A DNA stretch of 32,000 bases from Delftia acidovorans NBRC 14950 (GTDB lineage Bacteria > Pseudomonadota > Gammaproteobacteria > Burkholderiales > Burkholderiaceae_C), in NCBI RefSeq assembly GCF_001598795.1, contig NZ_BCZP01000019.1, positions 73,698 to 105,697 of the forward strand, written 5' to 3'. The notes under the pieces are model-generated. The model saw only the letters and a program-made list of their open reading frames with translations. It did not search any database and was not told the DNA's origin. Shown piece after piece: positions 9,852-32,000 of the stretch (positions are counted from its first letter, which is position 1; each line of letters starts with the position of its first letter). Made by a program: the position numbers and the translations under genes.

Positions 9852-9873
9852 ATTTGCCGCGCCTGCGCGTCAT
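9846..9873 (+). promoter_or_regulatory. candidate ECF-sigma promoter P3 (acyltransferase-monooxygenase operon)
   Basis: ATGAAC-ATTTGCCGCGCCTGCG-CGTCAT with a 16-nt spacer. It closely resembles P2 (ATGAAC...CGTCAT) and P1. Confidence 0.55.
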
Positions 9874-9890
9874 CCCGGTCATGAGGCTGC

Positions 9891-9944
9891 CTTGCGTTCC
9901 TTGCGTTCCTTGCGTTCCTTGCGTCCCTTGCGCCCCTTGTGCCC
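9891..9944 (+). repeat. 9-bp tandem repeat, six units with progressive decay
   Basis: CTTGCGTTC x3 (9891-9917), then CTTGCGTCC, CTTGCGCCC, CTTGTGCCC. It lies between P3 and the acyltransferase start. Confidence 0.9.
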
Positions 9945-9995
9945 TTGCCCCCATCCGTGTCCCGCACGCGGGGCACTCCATCTGAAAGAGTCCAC

Positions 9996-11108
9996 GTGCG
10001 TCCAGTCGAAGCCACCGCTACACCGTCACCAGACGCCTCCGGCGCCAGCTATCTTGCGCATGCAGGCGCCGAGACGATCAGCGTCTTCGGCGATGGACAG
10101 CGGCTGCGCCTGGAACGTTCGGGGTCCGTGGATGCCGGCAGGCCCGGCAAGCCCAGTCTCTGGAACCTGTCGCCCACGGCCGCGCCAGGCCTGATGCAGC
10201 TGCAATGGCTGGGGCCCTGCTCGGGCATGCCCGAAGCGGATGAACTGCTGGCCGCGCTGCAGGCCGGTTTCGGCCTGCATCCCGATGTGCAAGCCATCGA
10301 ACTGTCCCTGCCCCGGCTGCCGCCCGGCCTGCGCGACAGCATTGCCACAGTGCAGCCGGGCCAGGCCCCGTGCGTGGCAAGAAGCGTGCTGTGGCAGCAG
10401 CCCCTGTGGCTGCCCCGCCCGCGCCCACCCTATGCGCTGCACTACACGATCAGCGAAGGCCGGCGCCACCCCGTGCGCCTGCACAAGCCGCGCGGCGAGG
10501 TCTACCGCCGCTTCATCCCCTGGCTGGGCCGCACGCTGAGCTTTCGCACCGTGGAGCCCGAGGCCGACCTGCCCCTCATCCACCGCTGGATGAACGACCC
10601 GGTCGTCGCGCATTTCTGGGAGGAAAGCGGCGACCTTGCCCACCACCGCGCCTACCTGCAGCGCATGGCCGGCGACCCGCATGCGCTCGGCCTCATCGGC
10701 TGCTTCGACGGCGAGCCCTTCGGCTACTTCGAGGCCTACTGGGCCAAGGAAGACCGCATCGCCCCCTTCTATGACGCGGGCGACCATGACCGGGGCTGGC
10801 ATGCGCTGGTGGGCGAGGCGCGGTTTCGCGGCCAGCCCTACCTGACGGCATGGCTGCCCTCGCTGTCGCACTACCTCTTTCTGGACGACTGCCGCACGCA
10901 GCGCATCGTCGTGGAGCCGCGCGCCGACAACCGAAAGATGCGCAAAAGCCTGCCGCGCTGCGGCTATGCGCTGGTCAAGGAATTCGACTTCCCGCACAAG
11001 CGCGCCGTGCTGGGAGTCCTGCTCAGGGAACGCTTTTTCGCAGACGCCTTGTGGATACCGCAGCCCGACGCAGCCGCGCCGGACGCACTGGACGCATCGA
11101 CCCAATGA
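9996..11108 (+). CDS. hydroxamate-siderophore N-acyltransferase (IucB/AlcB/PvdY-type GNAT)
   Basis: The C-terminal half contains LPLIHRWMNDPVVAHFWEE, FGYFEAYWAKEDRI, GWHALVGE and IVVEPRADNRKM, the Acetyltransf_8/IucB hallmark pattern. The start is uncertain. GTG 9996 follows AAAGAG by 5 nt. GTG 9939 is the longest ORF but would begin inside the 9-bp repeat. Confidence 0.8.
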   Translation: MRPVEATATPSPDASGASYLAHAGAETISVFGDGQRLRLERSGSVDAGRPGKPSLWNLSPTAAPGLMQLQWLGPCSGMPEADELLAALQAGFGLHPDVQAIELSLPRLPPGLRDSIATVQPGQAPCVARSVLWQQPLWLPRPRPPYALHYTISEGRRHPVRLHKPRGEVYRRFIPWLGRTLSFRTVEPEADLPLIHRWMNDPVVAHFWEESGDLAHHRAYLQRMAGDPHALGLIGCFDGEPFGYFEAYWAKEDRIAPFYDAGDHDRGWHALVGEARFRGQPYLTAWLPSLSHYLFLDDCRTQRIVVEPRADNRKMRKSLPRCGYALVKEFDFPHKRAVLGVLLRERFFADALWIPQPDAAAPDALDASTQ

Positions 11109-11119
11109 AAGGACCTTCC

Positions 11120-12418
11120 ATGCAAACCCACCCGCTGATCGGCATCGGCTTCGGCCCCTCCAACATTGCCCTGGCCATCGCCCTCAAGGAGCGCGAAACC
11201 ACCGCGCGGGCCATGCACCCCGTCTTCATCGAAAAGCAGCCGCGCTTCGCCTGGCACCGGGACATGCTGCTGGAGCAGGCCCACATGCAGGTGTCCTTCC
11301 TCAAGGACCTGGCCACGCTGCGCAACCCCACCAGCCGCTTCACCTTCATCAACTACCTGCACGAGAAGGGCCGGCTGCAGGACTTCATCAACCTCAAGAC
11401 CTTCTTTCCCAGCCGCCACGAGTTCAACGACTACCTGGCCTGGGCCGCCTCCAAGTTCGAGGACCGCTGCGTCTACGGCCAGGAAGTCATCGAGGTGCTG
11501 CCTGAAAAACGCGACGGCAAGGTGGAGCTGCTGCGCGTGCGCTCGCGCGATGCGGCCGGCAACGTGCATGAGCGCCTGGGCCAGAACCTGGTCATGAGCA
11601 TCGGCGGCACGCCCAGCATTCCCGAGCAGTTCAAGGCCCTGCGCGGCGACGCGCGCGTCTTCCACTCCAGCGCCTACCTGCGCAGCATTGCCGAGCATGC
11701 CAGGCCGCTGCGCATCGCCGTCGTGGGCGCGGGCCAGAGCGCCGCCGAAATCTTCATGGACCTGCACGGCCGCTACGCCACGGCCGAGATCGACCTGGTC
11801 ATGCGCGCCCGCTCCATCCGCCCCTCGGACGACAGCCCCTTCGTCAACGAAATCTTCAACGCCGACTTCGTGGACCATGTCTACAGCCGCCCGCACGACG
11901 AGCGCGGCGCCCTGCTGCGCGAGTTCTGGCACACCAACTACGCCTGTCCCGACCTGGAACTGATCGAGAGCATCTTCAAGGTGTTCTATGAACAGAAGGT
12001 CGTCGGCGACACGCGCCACCGCTTCCTGCGCCGCCACGAGGTGCAGGAAGTGCGCGCCGCCGGCGACGGCATCCACCTGGGCCTGCGCGATCTCAACAGC
12101 GGCATCGACCATGCATCGCGCTACGACGTGGTGGTGCTGGCCACCGGCTATGCGCGCGAGCACCACAAGACCCTGCTGGACCCGCTGGCCCCCTACCTGG
12201 GCGACTTCTCCGTGAGCCGCGACTACCAGGTGCACACCACGCCGGACTTTCGCCCCGCCATCTTCCTGCAGGGCGCCTGCGAGGGCTCCCACGGCCTCAG
12301 CGACACCCTGCTGTCCGTCACTTCGGTGCGCACCGGCGAAATCGGTGAAGCCCTGCTGGCAGCGCAAGCCCAAAGACCCGATGTTGCGCGCACAGAACAG
12401 CTGGCGCTGCAGGATTGA
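11120..12418 (+). CDS. L-ornithine N5-monooxygenase (PvdA/SidA/IucD family flavoprotein)
   Basis: Contains GIGFGPSNIALAIAL (FAD motif), FLKDLATLRNPTS.FTFINYL, VVGAGQSAAE (NADPH motif), DDSPFVNE and LATGY. It aligns closely to PvdA as I recall it. ATG 11120 follows AAGGA by 7 nt. An alternative ATG at 11105 overlaps the upstream TGA (ATGA). Confidence 0.9.
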   Translation: MQTHPLIGIGFGPSNIALAIALKERETTARAMHPVFIEKQPRFAWHRDMLLEQAHMQVSFLKDLATLRNPTSRFTFINYLHEKGRLQDFINLKTFFPSRHEFNDYLAWAASKFEDRCVYGQEVIEVLPEKRDGKVELLRVRSRDAAGNVHERLGQNLVMSIGGTPSIPEQFKALRGDARVFHSSAYLRSIAEHARPLRIAVVGAGQSAAEIFMDLHGRYATAEIDLVMRARSIRPSDDSPFVNEIFNADFVDHVYSRPHDERGALLREFWHTNYACPDLELIESIFKVFYEQKVVGDTRHRFLRRHEVQEVRAAGDGIHLGLRDLNSGIDHASRYDVVVLATGYAREHHKTLLDPLAPYLGDFSVSRDYQVHTTPDFRPAIFLQGACEGSHGLSDTLLSVTSVRTGEIGEALLAAQAQRPDVARTEQLALQD

Positions 12419-12467
12419 AAGATCGCACAGGGCATGATGGCGCAGGGATCTCCCATGCCATAATTTG

Positions 12468-12486
12468 AATGCAAACCATTTGCATT
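12468..12486. promoter_or_regulatory. Fur-box-like 19-bp palindrome upstream of the ECF sigma gene
   Basis: AATGCAAA-CCA-TTTGCATT has perfect 8-bp arms inside the AT-rich stretch CATAATTTGAATGCAAACCATTTGCATTTGAACTTGAAT. By my count, TTGAATGCAAACCATTTGC matches 12/19 positions of GATAATGATAATCATTATC. Confidence 0.45.
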
Positions 12487-12632
12487 TGAACTTGAATCAC
12501 CTGCGCCGCTGAATCCCATACCCGCTGCTGCACCGCCCCGGCCCTGGCCGGGGTTGCAGCATCCGGTAGGCCCTTCTCTGTACGGACCCAGGGGTTCCAA
12601 CCCATCGCCCTTGCGGAAAGGCAGGTATCCGG

Positions 12633-13232
12633 ATGCGTGACCTGATCCAGGAACTCGTGGCTCACTATGGCGATCTGCGCCGCCAGCTCACGCGCGATCT
12701 CCGAGATCCGCACTATGCGGCCGACATCGCGCAATCGAGCTTCGAGCGGGTCTATGTGCACGCCCTGGGCCTGCGCAGCGGCAAGAAGGCCGAAACCCTG
12801 CCCGACGCCGGCATCGAATCCCCACGCGCCCTGCTGTTTCGCGTGGCACGCAATCTGTGCATCGACGATGCGCGCAAGCGCAAGACCGCCCAGGAATGGA
12901 CGCGCCAGCAAATGGTGGTGCAGCACAGTGCGCCCTCCAGCGAAACCCTGGCCGCCCAGCGCCAGATCCTGAACCGCGTCGTCCAGGCGCTGGAAGGCCT
13001 GCCGCCGCGCCGGCGCGAAGTCTTCATCCTCTTTCGCGCCCATGGCTACACGCGCGCGGAAATCGCCGACCAGCTCAACATCACCGAAATGGCCGTCGCC
13101 AAGCACATGGTGCGCGCCACGCTGGACTGCTCGCGCGTGCTGGCCCAGCTGCGCTCCGAACTGATCGAGGACCATGCGCTGGGCAGCGCCATGGATTTCG
13201 ACAACAGTACACTGACCGACGACGCATCCTGA
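12633..13232 (+). CDS. ECF RNA polymerase sigma factor, FecI-like (iron-starvation type)
   Basis: 199 aa. Region 2 has DIAQSSFERVY...LLFRVARNLCIDDARKR. Region 4 HTH has LPPRRREVFILFRAHGYTRAEIADQLNITEMAVAKHMVRA. It is followed 12 nt later by a FecR-type gene. Confidence 0.85.
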   Translation: MRDLIQELVAHYGDLRRQLTRDLRDPHYAADIAQSSFERVYVHALGLRSGKKAETLPDAGIESPRALLFRVARNLCIDDARKRKTAQEWTRQQMVVQHSAPSSETLAAQRQILNRVVQALEGLPPRRREVFILFRAHGYTRAEIADQLNITEMAVAKHMVRATLDCSRVLAQLRSELIEDHALGSAMDFDNSTLTDDAS

Positions 13233-13244
13233 CTCCCCCTTTCC

Positions 13245-14279
13245 ATGGCAAGTGCACCTAGCGAGCGCATGGTCGAGCATGCGCTGACGCTGATCGTTCA
13301 AAGCGAAATCGCTCCCGACCCGGTGGCCGACCAGGCCCGCCTGACCCTGGGCGAATGGCGCGGGAAATCAGCCCGGCACGATGCCGCCGCACGCGAGGCG
13401 CACCTGCGCTGGAACCTGCTGGGCGGCATGTCCGGCGGCCTGCGCGAGCAGTTCCAGGAAACCGCCCTGCTGGCCGACCGGGCCTCGCGCTCCACCCAGA
13501 CCGTCCGGCGCCGCAAGCTGCTGCTGTCCTTCGCCGGGCTGCTGGGCACAGGCGCGCTGGCGGGCCGGGGCGCCTACTGGTACTGGCAGCAGCCCATCCA
13601 CACCTCGGCCTACGCCACGCGCAACTCGCAAATCCTCAAGATCACTCTGGCCGACGGCAAGCTGCCGCTGCAGGCCAGCCTGGTGGAACTGGCGCCCCAG
13701 AGCGCCATTGCCGTGACGCTCTACCGCCAGCGCCGCAGCGTGTCCATGGCCCGGGGCGAAGTGCGATTCGACGTGGCCCCCGATCCCGACCGGCCCTTCG
13801 AGGTCATCACGCGCGAGGCGCGCATCGAGGTCGTGGGCACGGTCTTCACCGTGCGCGACCGCGGCGGCCCCGTCACCGTGGGAGTGGAGCATGGCCATGT
13901 CAGGGTCCGCGTGCTGGGCAGGGATGCGCAGGATGCGACGGGCCCGGCGGCGGCAACGCTGGACCTGCTGCCCGGCCAGATCGTGGACATCCGCAACGGC
14001 CAGGCCGAGGCCGTGCGCCAGGCCGATGCCGCCACGCTGTCCGCCTGGCGCGAAGGCTGGCTGGTCTTCGAGAACACCCCGCTGGCCGAGGCCCTTGCCA
14101 CGGTCAACGCCTACCGCACCCAGCCCATCGAAGCCGCCGATGCGCGCGTGGCCGCGCTGCGCCTGACCGGGCGCTTTCGCGCCAATGACTCGGCCGGCCT
14201 GCTGGCCGTGCTGCCGTCCATCCTGCCGCTGAGGGTGCGCCTGCAGGCCGGTGGCGGCGTGCAGTTGCAGGCGCTCTGA
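13245..14279 (+). CDS. FecR-family transmembrane anti-sigma/sensor protein
   Basis: 344 aa. It has an N-terminal cytoplasmic segment, one predicted TM segment (LLLSFAGLLGTGALAG), and a periplasmic FecR domain (GEVRFDVAPDPDRPFEVITREARIEVVGTVFTV). No obvious SD, so the start is not firm. Confidence 0.8.
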   Translation: MASAPSERMVEHALTLIVQSEIAPDPVADQARLTLGEWRGKSARHDAAAREAHLRWNLLGGMSGGLREQFQETALLADRASRSTQTVRRRKLLLSFAGLLGTGALAGRGAYWYWQQPIHTSAYATRNSQILKITLADGKLPLQASLVELAPQSAIAVTLYRQRRSVSMARGEVRFDVAPDPDRPFEVITREARIEVVGTVFTVRDRGGPVTVGVEHGHVRVRVLGRDAQDATGPAAATLDLLPGQIVDIRNGQAEAVRQADAATLSAWREGWLVFENTPLAEALATVNAYRTQPIEAADARVAALRLTGRFRANDSAGLLAVLPSILPLRVRLQAGGGVQLQAL

Positions 14280-14300
14280 ACGGCGCCTTCGGTTCCCCGA

Positions 14301-14340
14301 CAAAGAAAAGGCCACGGCCGGATCGCTCCAGCCGTGGCCC
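14301..14340 (-). terminator. rho-independent terminator of the receptor gene (hairpin shared by convergent genes)
   Basis: GGCCACGGC (14310-14318) pairs with GCCGTGGCC (14331-14339). On the minus strand the hairpin is followed by TTTTCTTTG. Confidence 0.6.
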
Positions 14341-14355
14341 ATGGCCCATGCCCGC

Positions 14356-16755
14356 TTACCAGCGATAGGTGGCCGTGCCGATCACCTTGCGGGGCTCGCC
14401 ATAGAAGCAGCCGTAGGAGCAGCTGGCGATATAGGTCTTGTCGGTCAGATTGGTGAGGTTCAGGGCGAAGCGCCAGGGTCCGGTGGTGTAGCTGACCATG
14501 GCATCCACCAGGGTGAACGCCGGCAGCGAGACGGGAACGCCATAGGCCAGGCCGCGTGTCTGACCCAGGTACCTGGCACCCATGCCCACCTTGAGGCCGG
14601 CAAGCCCGAAGTCTCCAAAGCTGTAGTCGCCCCACAGCGATATCTGGTTGTAGGGCACGCCGATGGAGCGCTTGCCCAGCTCGTCCGGCTGCAGGGGGCT
14701 TGCCTGCGTGGTGCGCGCATCCGTGTAGGCATAGGCGGCAATGATGTTCACATTGCGGCCGATGGAGCTTCGCGCCTCCAGCTCGAAGCCACGGGAACGG
14801 ACTTCCCCGGCCTGTATGTTGAACGCCCTGCTGGCGTCCTGGGGATCGGGCACGAGCAGGTTCTGGCGGGTGAGCTGGAAGACCGCTGCCGAAATCATGG
14901 CCCGGGAGCCGCTGGGCTGGTAGCGGACACCGGCCTCGTACTGCTGCCCCGTCGTGGGCTTGAACCGCGATCCAAGGCGGTCCTGGCCCTGGGTGGGCTC
15001 GAAGGACTCGCTGTAGCTGAAGAAGGGGGCAAGGCCATTGGCGGCGAGATAGACCACGCCCAGCCGGCCCGTGAAGGCCGAGCTTTTCTCATTGGCCGCG
15101 CTCACGTCCCCGGTGAAGAAGTTCGTCTCGTTGAAGCGGACCTTGTCATAGCGGCCGCCCAGCAGAACCACCCACTTGTCATCGATCTTGATCTGGTCCT
15201 GCGCATAGATGCCAAGCCGCTTGTAGTCGTTCTTCCAGGACGAGCGGTAGTAGGGGGAGACAGGCCCCACCGGCTTGCCGTAGACCGGGTTGAAGACATC
15301 GAGGTCGGCGGCCTGCTGTTCATAGCGCTCGGTCTCGTGCTTTGGCAGGGCGTAGTCGAAGCCCACCAGCATGGTGTGCTTGATGCGGCCCTGGTCCAGC
15401 TGGTACTGCAGCGAGGTATCGGTCACGAAGGCCGACGAACGGTCCCAGCGCGGCTGGAAGTAGCGCTCCACCACCGAGCGCTGGTCGGCGGACAGGCCCC
15501 AGCCGTCCGTGCTGAAGTAGCTGCTCTTTGCGTTGTAGTAGCGCATGCTGTTCCTGAGCTTGAGCTTCTCGGAAAAGGCATGTTCGAAGAGATAGCCGAT
15601 GGAGTAGCGGTCCAGATCGAATTTGTCCCGCCCCGCCTCTCCGATGAAGCGGTTGCGGGGAATCTGTCCATTGATGTTGGGCAGCAGGGTGCCGTAGGCG
15701 GGCAGTCCGTAGACGTAGGTGGTGCGGTCCTTCTGGACCTCGGCCAACAGTGTCAGCGAAGTGTTCGCATCGGGCTGCCACTTGAGCGATGGGGCGACAT
15801 AGGTTCTGTCATCGGGGACACGGTCGATGAAGCTGTCGCTGTCGCGCTTGAGCGCCACCAGCCGGTAGGACCATTTGCCCTCGTCGTCCAGGGCGCCCGC
15901 AAAATCACCCGACACCTGCCTGCGCCCGAAGCTTCCGGCGTCGATGTTCAGTTCCCGGATTTTTTCCGTGGTGGGCCGCTTGCTCACGGTGTTGACCACG
16001 CCGCCCGGGGAGACCGAGCCAAAAATCACCGAAGAGGCGCCCTTGAGCAGCTCGATGCGCTCCAGGCCGTAGGGCTCCTGCCGTCCGTCGTAGATGTTGG
16101 CCGTGAACAGGCTGCCGTCCCGGTACATGCCCGTGGTGCGGAATCCGCGCAGATACAGGCTGTCCGAGGTACGGTCCAGGCCCTCGGCGCGGGTGACGCC
16201 GGCGGCGTAGCCCAGCGCATCCTGCAGGCTTTGCGACTTCAGCGTCTCGATCTCCTGGGCACCGATGACCGTGATGGACTGCGGTGTCTCCAGGATGGGC
16301 GTATCGGTCTTCGTGCCCGTTGAGCTGCGCCGGGCGACATAGCCCTGCACGGGGCCGGCTGCGGTTTCGCTGTCCGTGACGTTGATGGTCGGCAAGGTCG
16401 CGCCGGAGACCGCGGGACGGCGGATGGCGAAGCCTCCGTTGTTCGTCCTGGTGGCTTCCAGGAACGTGCCGGCCAGCAGCTCCCGCAAGGCCTGCTCCGA
16501 TGTCAGGCGGCCGTTGACGGCGCGGGAACTGAGCCCGGCAACCAGGTCGCCTGCGGCAAACATCTGGGTTCCCGTCTGGCGGGACAGCTCGTTGATGGCC
16601 GAAGCCAGGGCCTGGGCCGGCACATGGATATCGAACACTTGGGCAGCCTCCTGCCCTGTGGCCTGGGCCACCGCCTCGGTGCTCCAGAACGAAACGGAAC
16701 CAAAGGCCGTGGCAAGGGCCAGGCTCAGCAGATGTTGACGGGGCAAGGAACGCAT
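14356..16755 (-). CDS. TonB-dependent siderophore receptor with N-terminal signalling (STN) domain (FpvA/FecA-type transducer)
   Basis: 799 aa with a signal peptide. STN segment: FDIHVPAQALASAINELSRQTGTQMFAAGDL...SEQALRELLAGT. Plug motifs: ETPQSITVI and IELLKGASSVIFG. It has a long beta-barrel and a terminal aromatic residue (...ATYRW). Confidence 0.9.
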   Translation of the reverse strand: MRSLPRQHLLSLALATAFGSVSFWSTEAVAQATGQEAAQVFDIHVPAQALASAINELSRQTGTQMFAAGDLVAGLSSRAVNGRLTSEQALRELLAGTFLEATRTNNGGFAIRRPAVSGATLPTINVTDSETAAGPVQGYVARRSSTGTKTDTPILETPQSITVIGAQEIETLKSQSLQDALGYAAGVTRAEGLDRTSDSLYLRGFRTTGMYRDGSLFTANIYDGRQEPYGLERIELLKGASSVIFGSVSPGGVVNTVSKRPTTEKIRELNIDAGSFGRRQVSGDFAGALDDEGKWSYRLVALKRDSDSFIDRVPDDRTYVAPSLKWQPDANTSLTLLAEVQKDRTTYVYGLPAYGTLLPNINGQIPRNRFIGEAGRDKFDLDRYSIGYLFEHAFSEKLKLRNSMRYYNAKSSYFSTDGWGLSADQRSVVERYFQPRWDRSSAFVTDTSLQYQLDQGRIKHTMLVGFDYALPKHETERYEQQAADLDVFNPVYGKPVGPVSPYYRSSWKNDYKRLGIYAQDQIKIDDKWVVLLGGRYDKVRFNETNFFTGDVSAANEKSSAFTGRLGVVYLAANGLAPFFSYSESFEPTQGQDRLGSRFKPTTGQQYEAGVRYQPSGSRAMISAAVFQLTRQNLLVPDPQDASRAFNIQAGEVRSRGFELEARSSIGRNVNIIAAYAYTDARTTQASPLQPDELGKRSIGVPYNQISLWGDYSFGDFGLAGLKVGMGARYLGQTRGLAYGVPVSLPAFTLVDAMVSYTTGPWRFALNLTNLTDKTYIASCSYGCFYGEPRKVIGTATYRW

Positions 16756-16886
16756 GGTTGAAGAATTTCCAAAGGCTTTGAATGAGACTGGTTACCAACC
16801 GGACGCGGACCTCGGCGCTGGTTGTTGTGCATTCCAAAGACGTTCTGCGCAGAAAAATGGAGACAAGGTGTAACCCCTATTTCACG

Positions 16887-16930
16887 AAAAAACCGGGATG
16901 GGACGGGGGCGTCCTGCCCCCCCTCCCCGG
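16887..16930 (-). terminator. probable rho-independent terminator after the NRPS gene
   Basis: The minus strand reads CCGGGGAGGGGGGCAGGACGCCCCCGTCCCATCCCGG (GGGGGC/GCCCCC inner stem, CCGGG/CCCGG outer stem), followed by TTTTTT (A-run 16887-16892 on plus). Confidence 0.55.
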
Positions 16931-16936
16931 CTCCCG

Positions 16937-32000
<15,064 letters not shown>

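Noticed and set aside
9891-9944. Tandem repeats considered as a possible CRISPR array
   Set aside because: The units are 9 bp and directly abutting with no spacers, and no cas genes are present. It is a minisatellite, not a CRISPR array.
8749-9981. A 410-aa minus-strand ORF whose N-terminus contains QGTQGTQGTQGTQG
   Set aside because: It is antisense to the hydrolase. The QGT repeat is simply the 9-bp tandem repeat read on the other strand. It would also run through promoter P3.
12526-12536. The 11-mer TGCTGCACCGC is shared between the phasin operator (2967-2977) and the sigma leader hairpin
   Set aside because: Many chance 11-mer matches are expected in 32 kb of compositionally biased DNA. 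The second site also lacks the palindromic partner spacing of the phasin operators.
12318-13301. A 327-aa minus-strand ORF overlapping the sigma gene. Similar antisense ORFs are 10026..11105, 10964..12373 and 13368..14342.
   Set aside because: All are antisense to genes with strong family signatures, and none has a motif of its own.
14251-16323. A 690-aa plus-strand ORF
   Set aside because: It is antisense to the TonB-dependent receptor, whose plug, STN domain and terminal aromatic residue are clear.

Overview
This is a very GC-rich segment that looks betaproteobacterial (Burkholderiales/Comamonadaceae-like; the taxon is an inference). Real genes are shadowed by long spurious antisense ORFs. 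Positions 1-5900 hold housekeeping genes. These are a 3'-truncated ArsB/NhaD-type permease that is missing from the ORF track, pncB, a hotdog-fold thioesterase, a phasin with a palindrome-flanked promoter, an orphan periplasmic Fe(3+)-binding protein and an SDR dehydrogenase. Positions 6044-32000 are a hydroxamate-type NRPS siderophore locus. It contains a PvdF-like formyltransferase, a PvdE-like cyclic-peptide ABC exporter, a fold-3 alpha/beta hydrolase, an IucB-like N-acyltransferase and a PvdA-like ornithine N-monooxygenase. It also has a FecI/FecR-type ECF sigma/anti-sigma pair, a TonB-dependent transducer receptor, and the last four modules of a >15-kb NRPS gene that runs off the window (C-A-T-C-A-T-C-A-T-E-C-A-T-TE). 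The most interesting observations: (1) the motif TGAAC-N16-CGTC occurs three times, each correctly placed upstream of a tailoring or export operon; (2) a perfect 15-bp tandem duplication supplies one of those -35 boxes, and a decaying 9-bp tandem repeat lies in the downstream leader; (3) an AT-rich 19-bp Fur-like palindrome sits upstream of the sigma gene; (4) two ~1.28-kb nearly identical direct repeats lie 3.25 kb apart inside the NRPS gene; (5) a formyl- and an acetyl-transferase coexist with two different DGE-type adenylation domains. I cannot assign the product to a named siderophore from sequence alone. I found no tRNA, rRNA, CRISPR array or mobile element.
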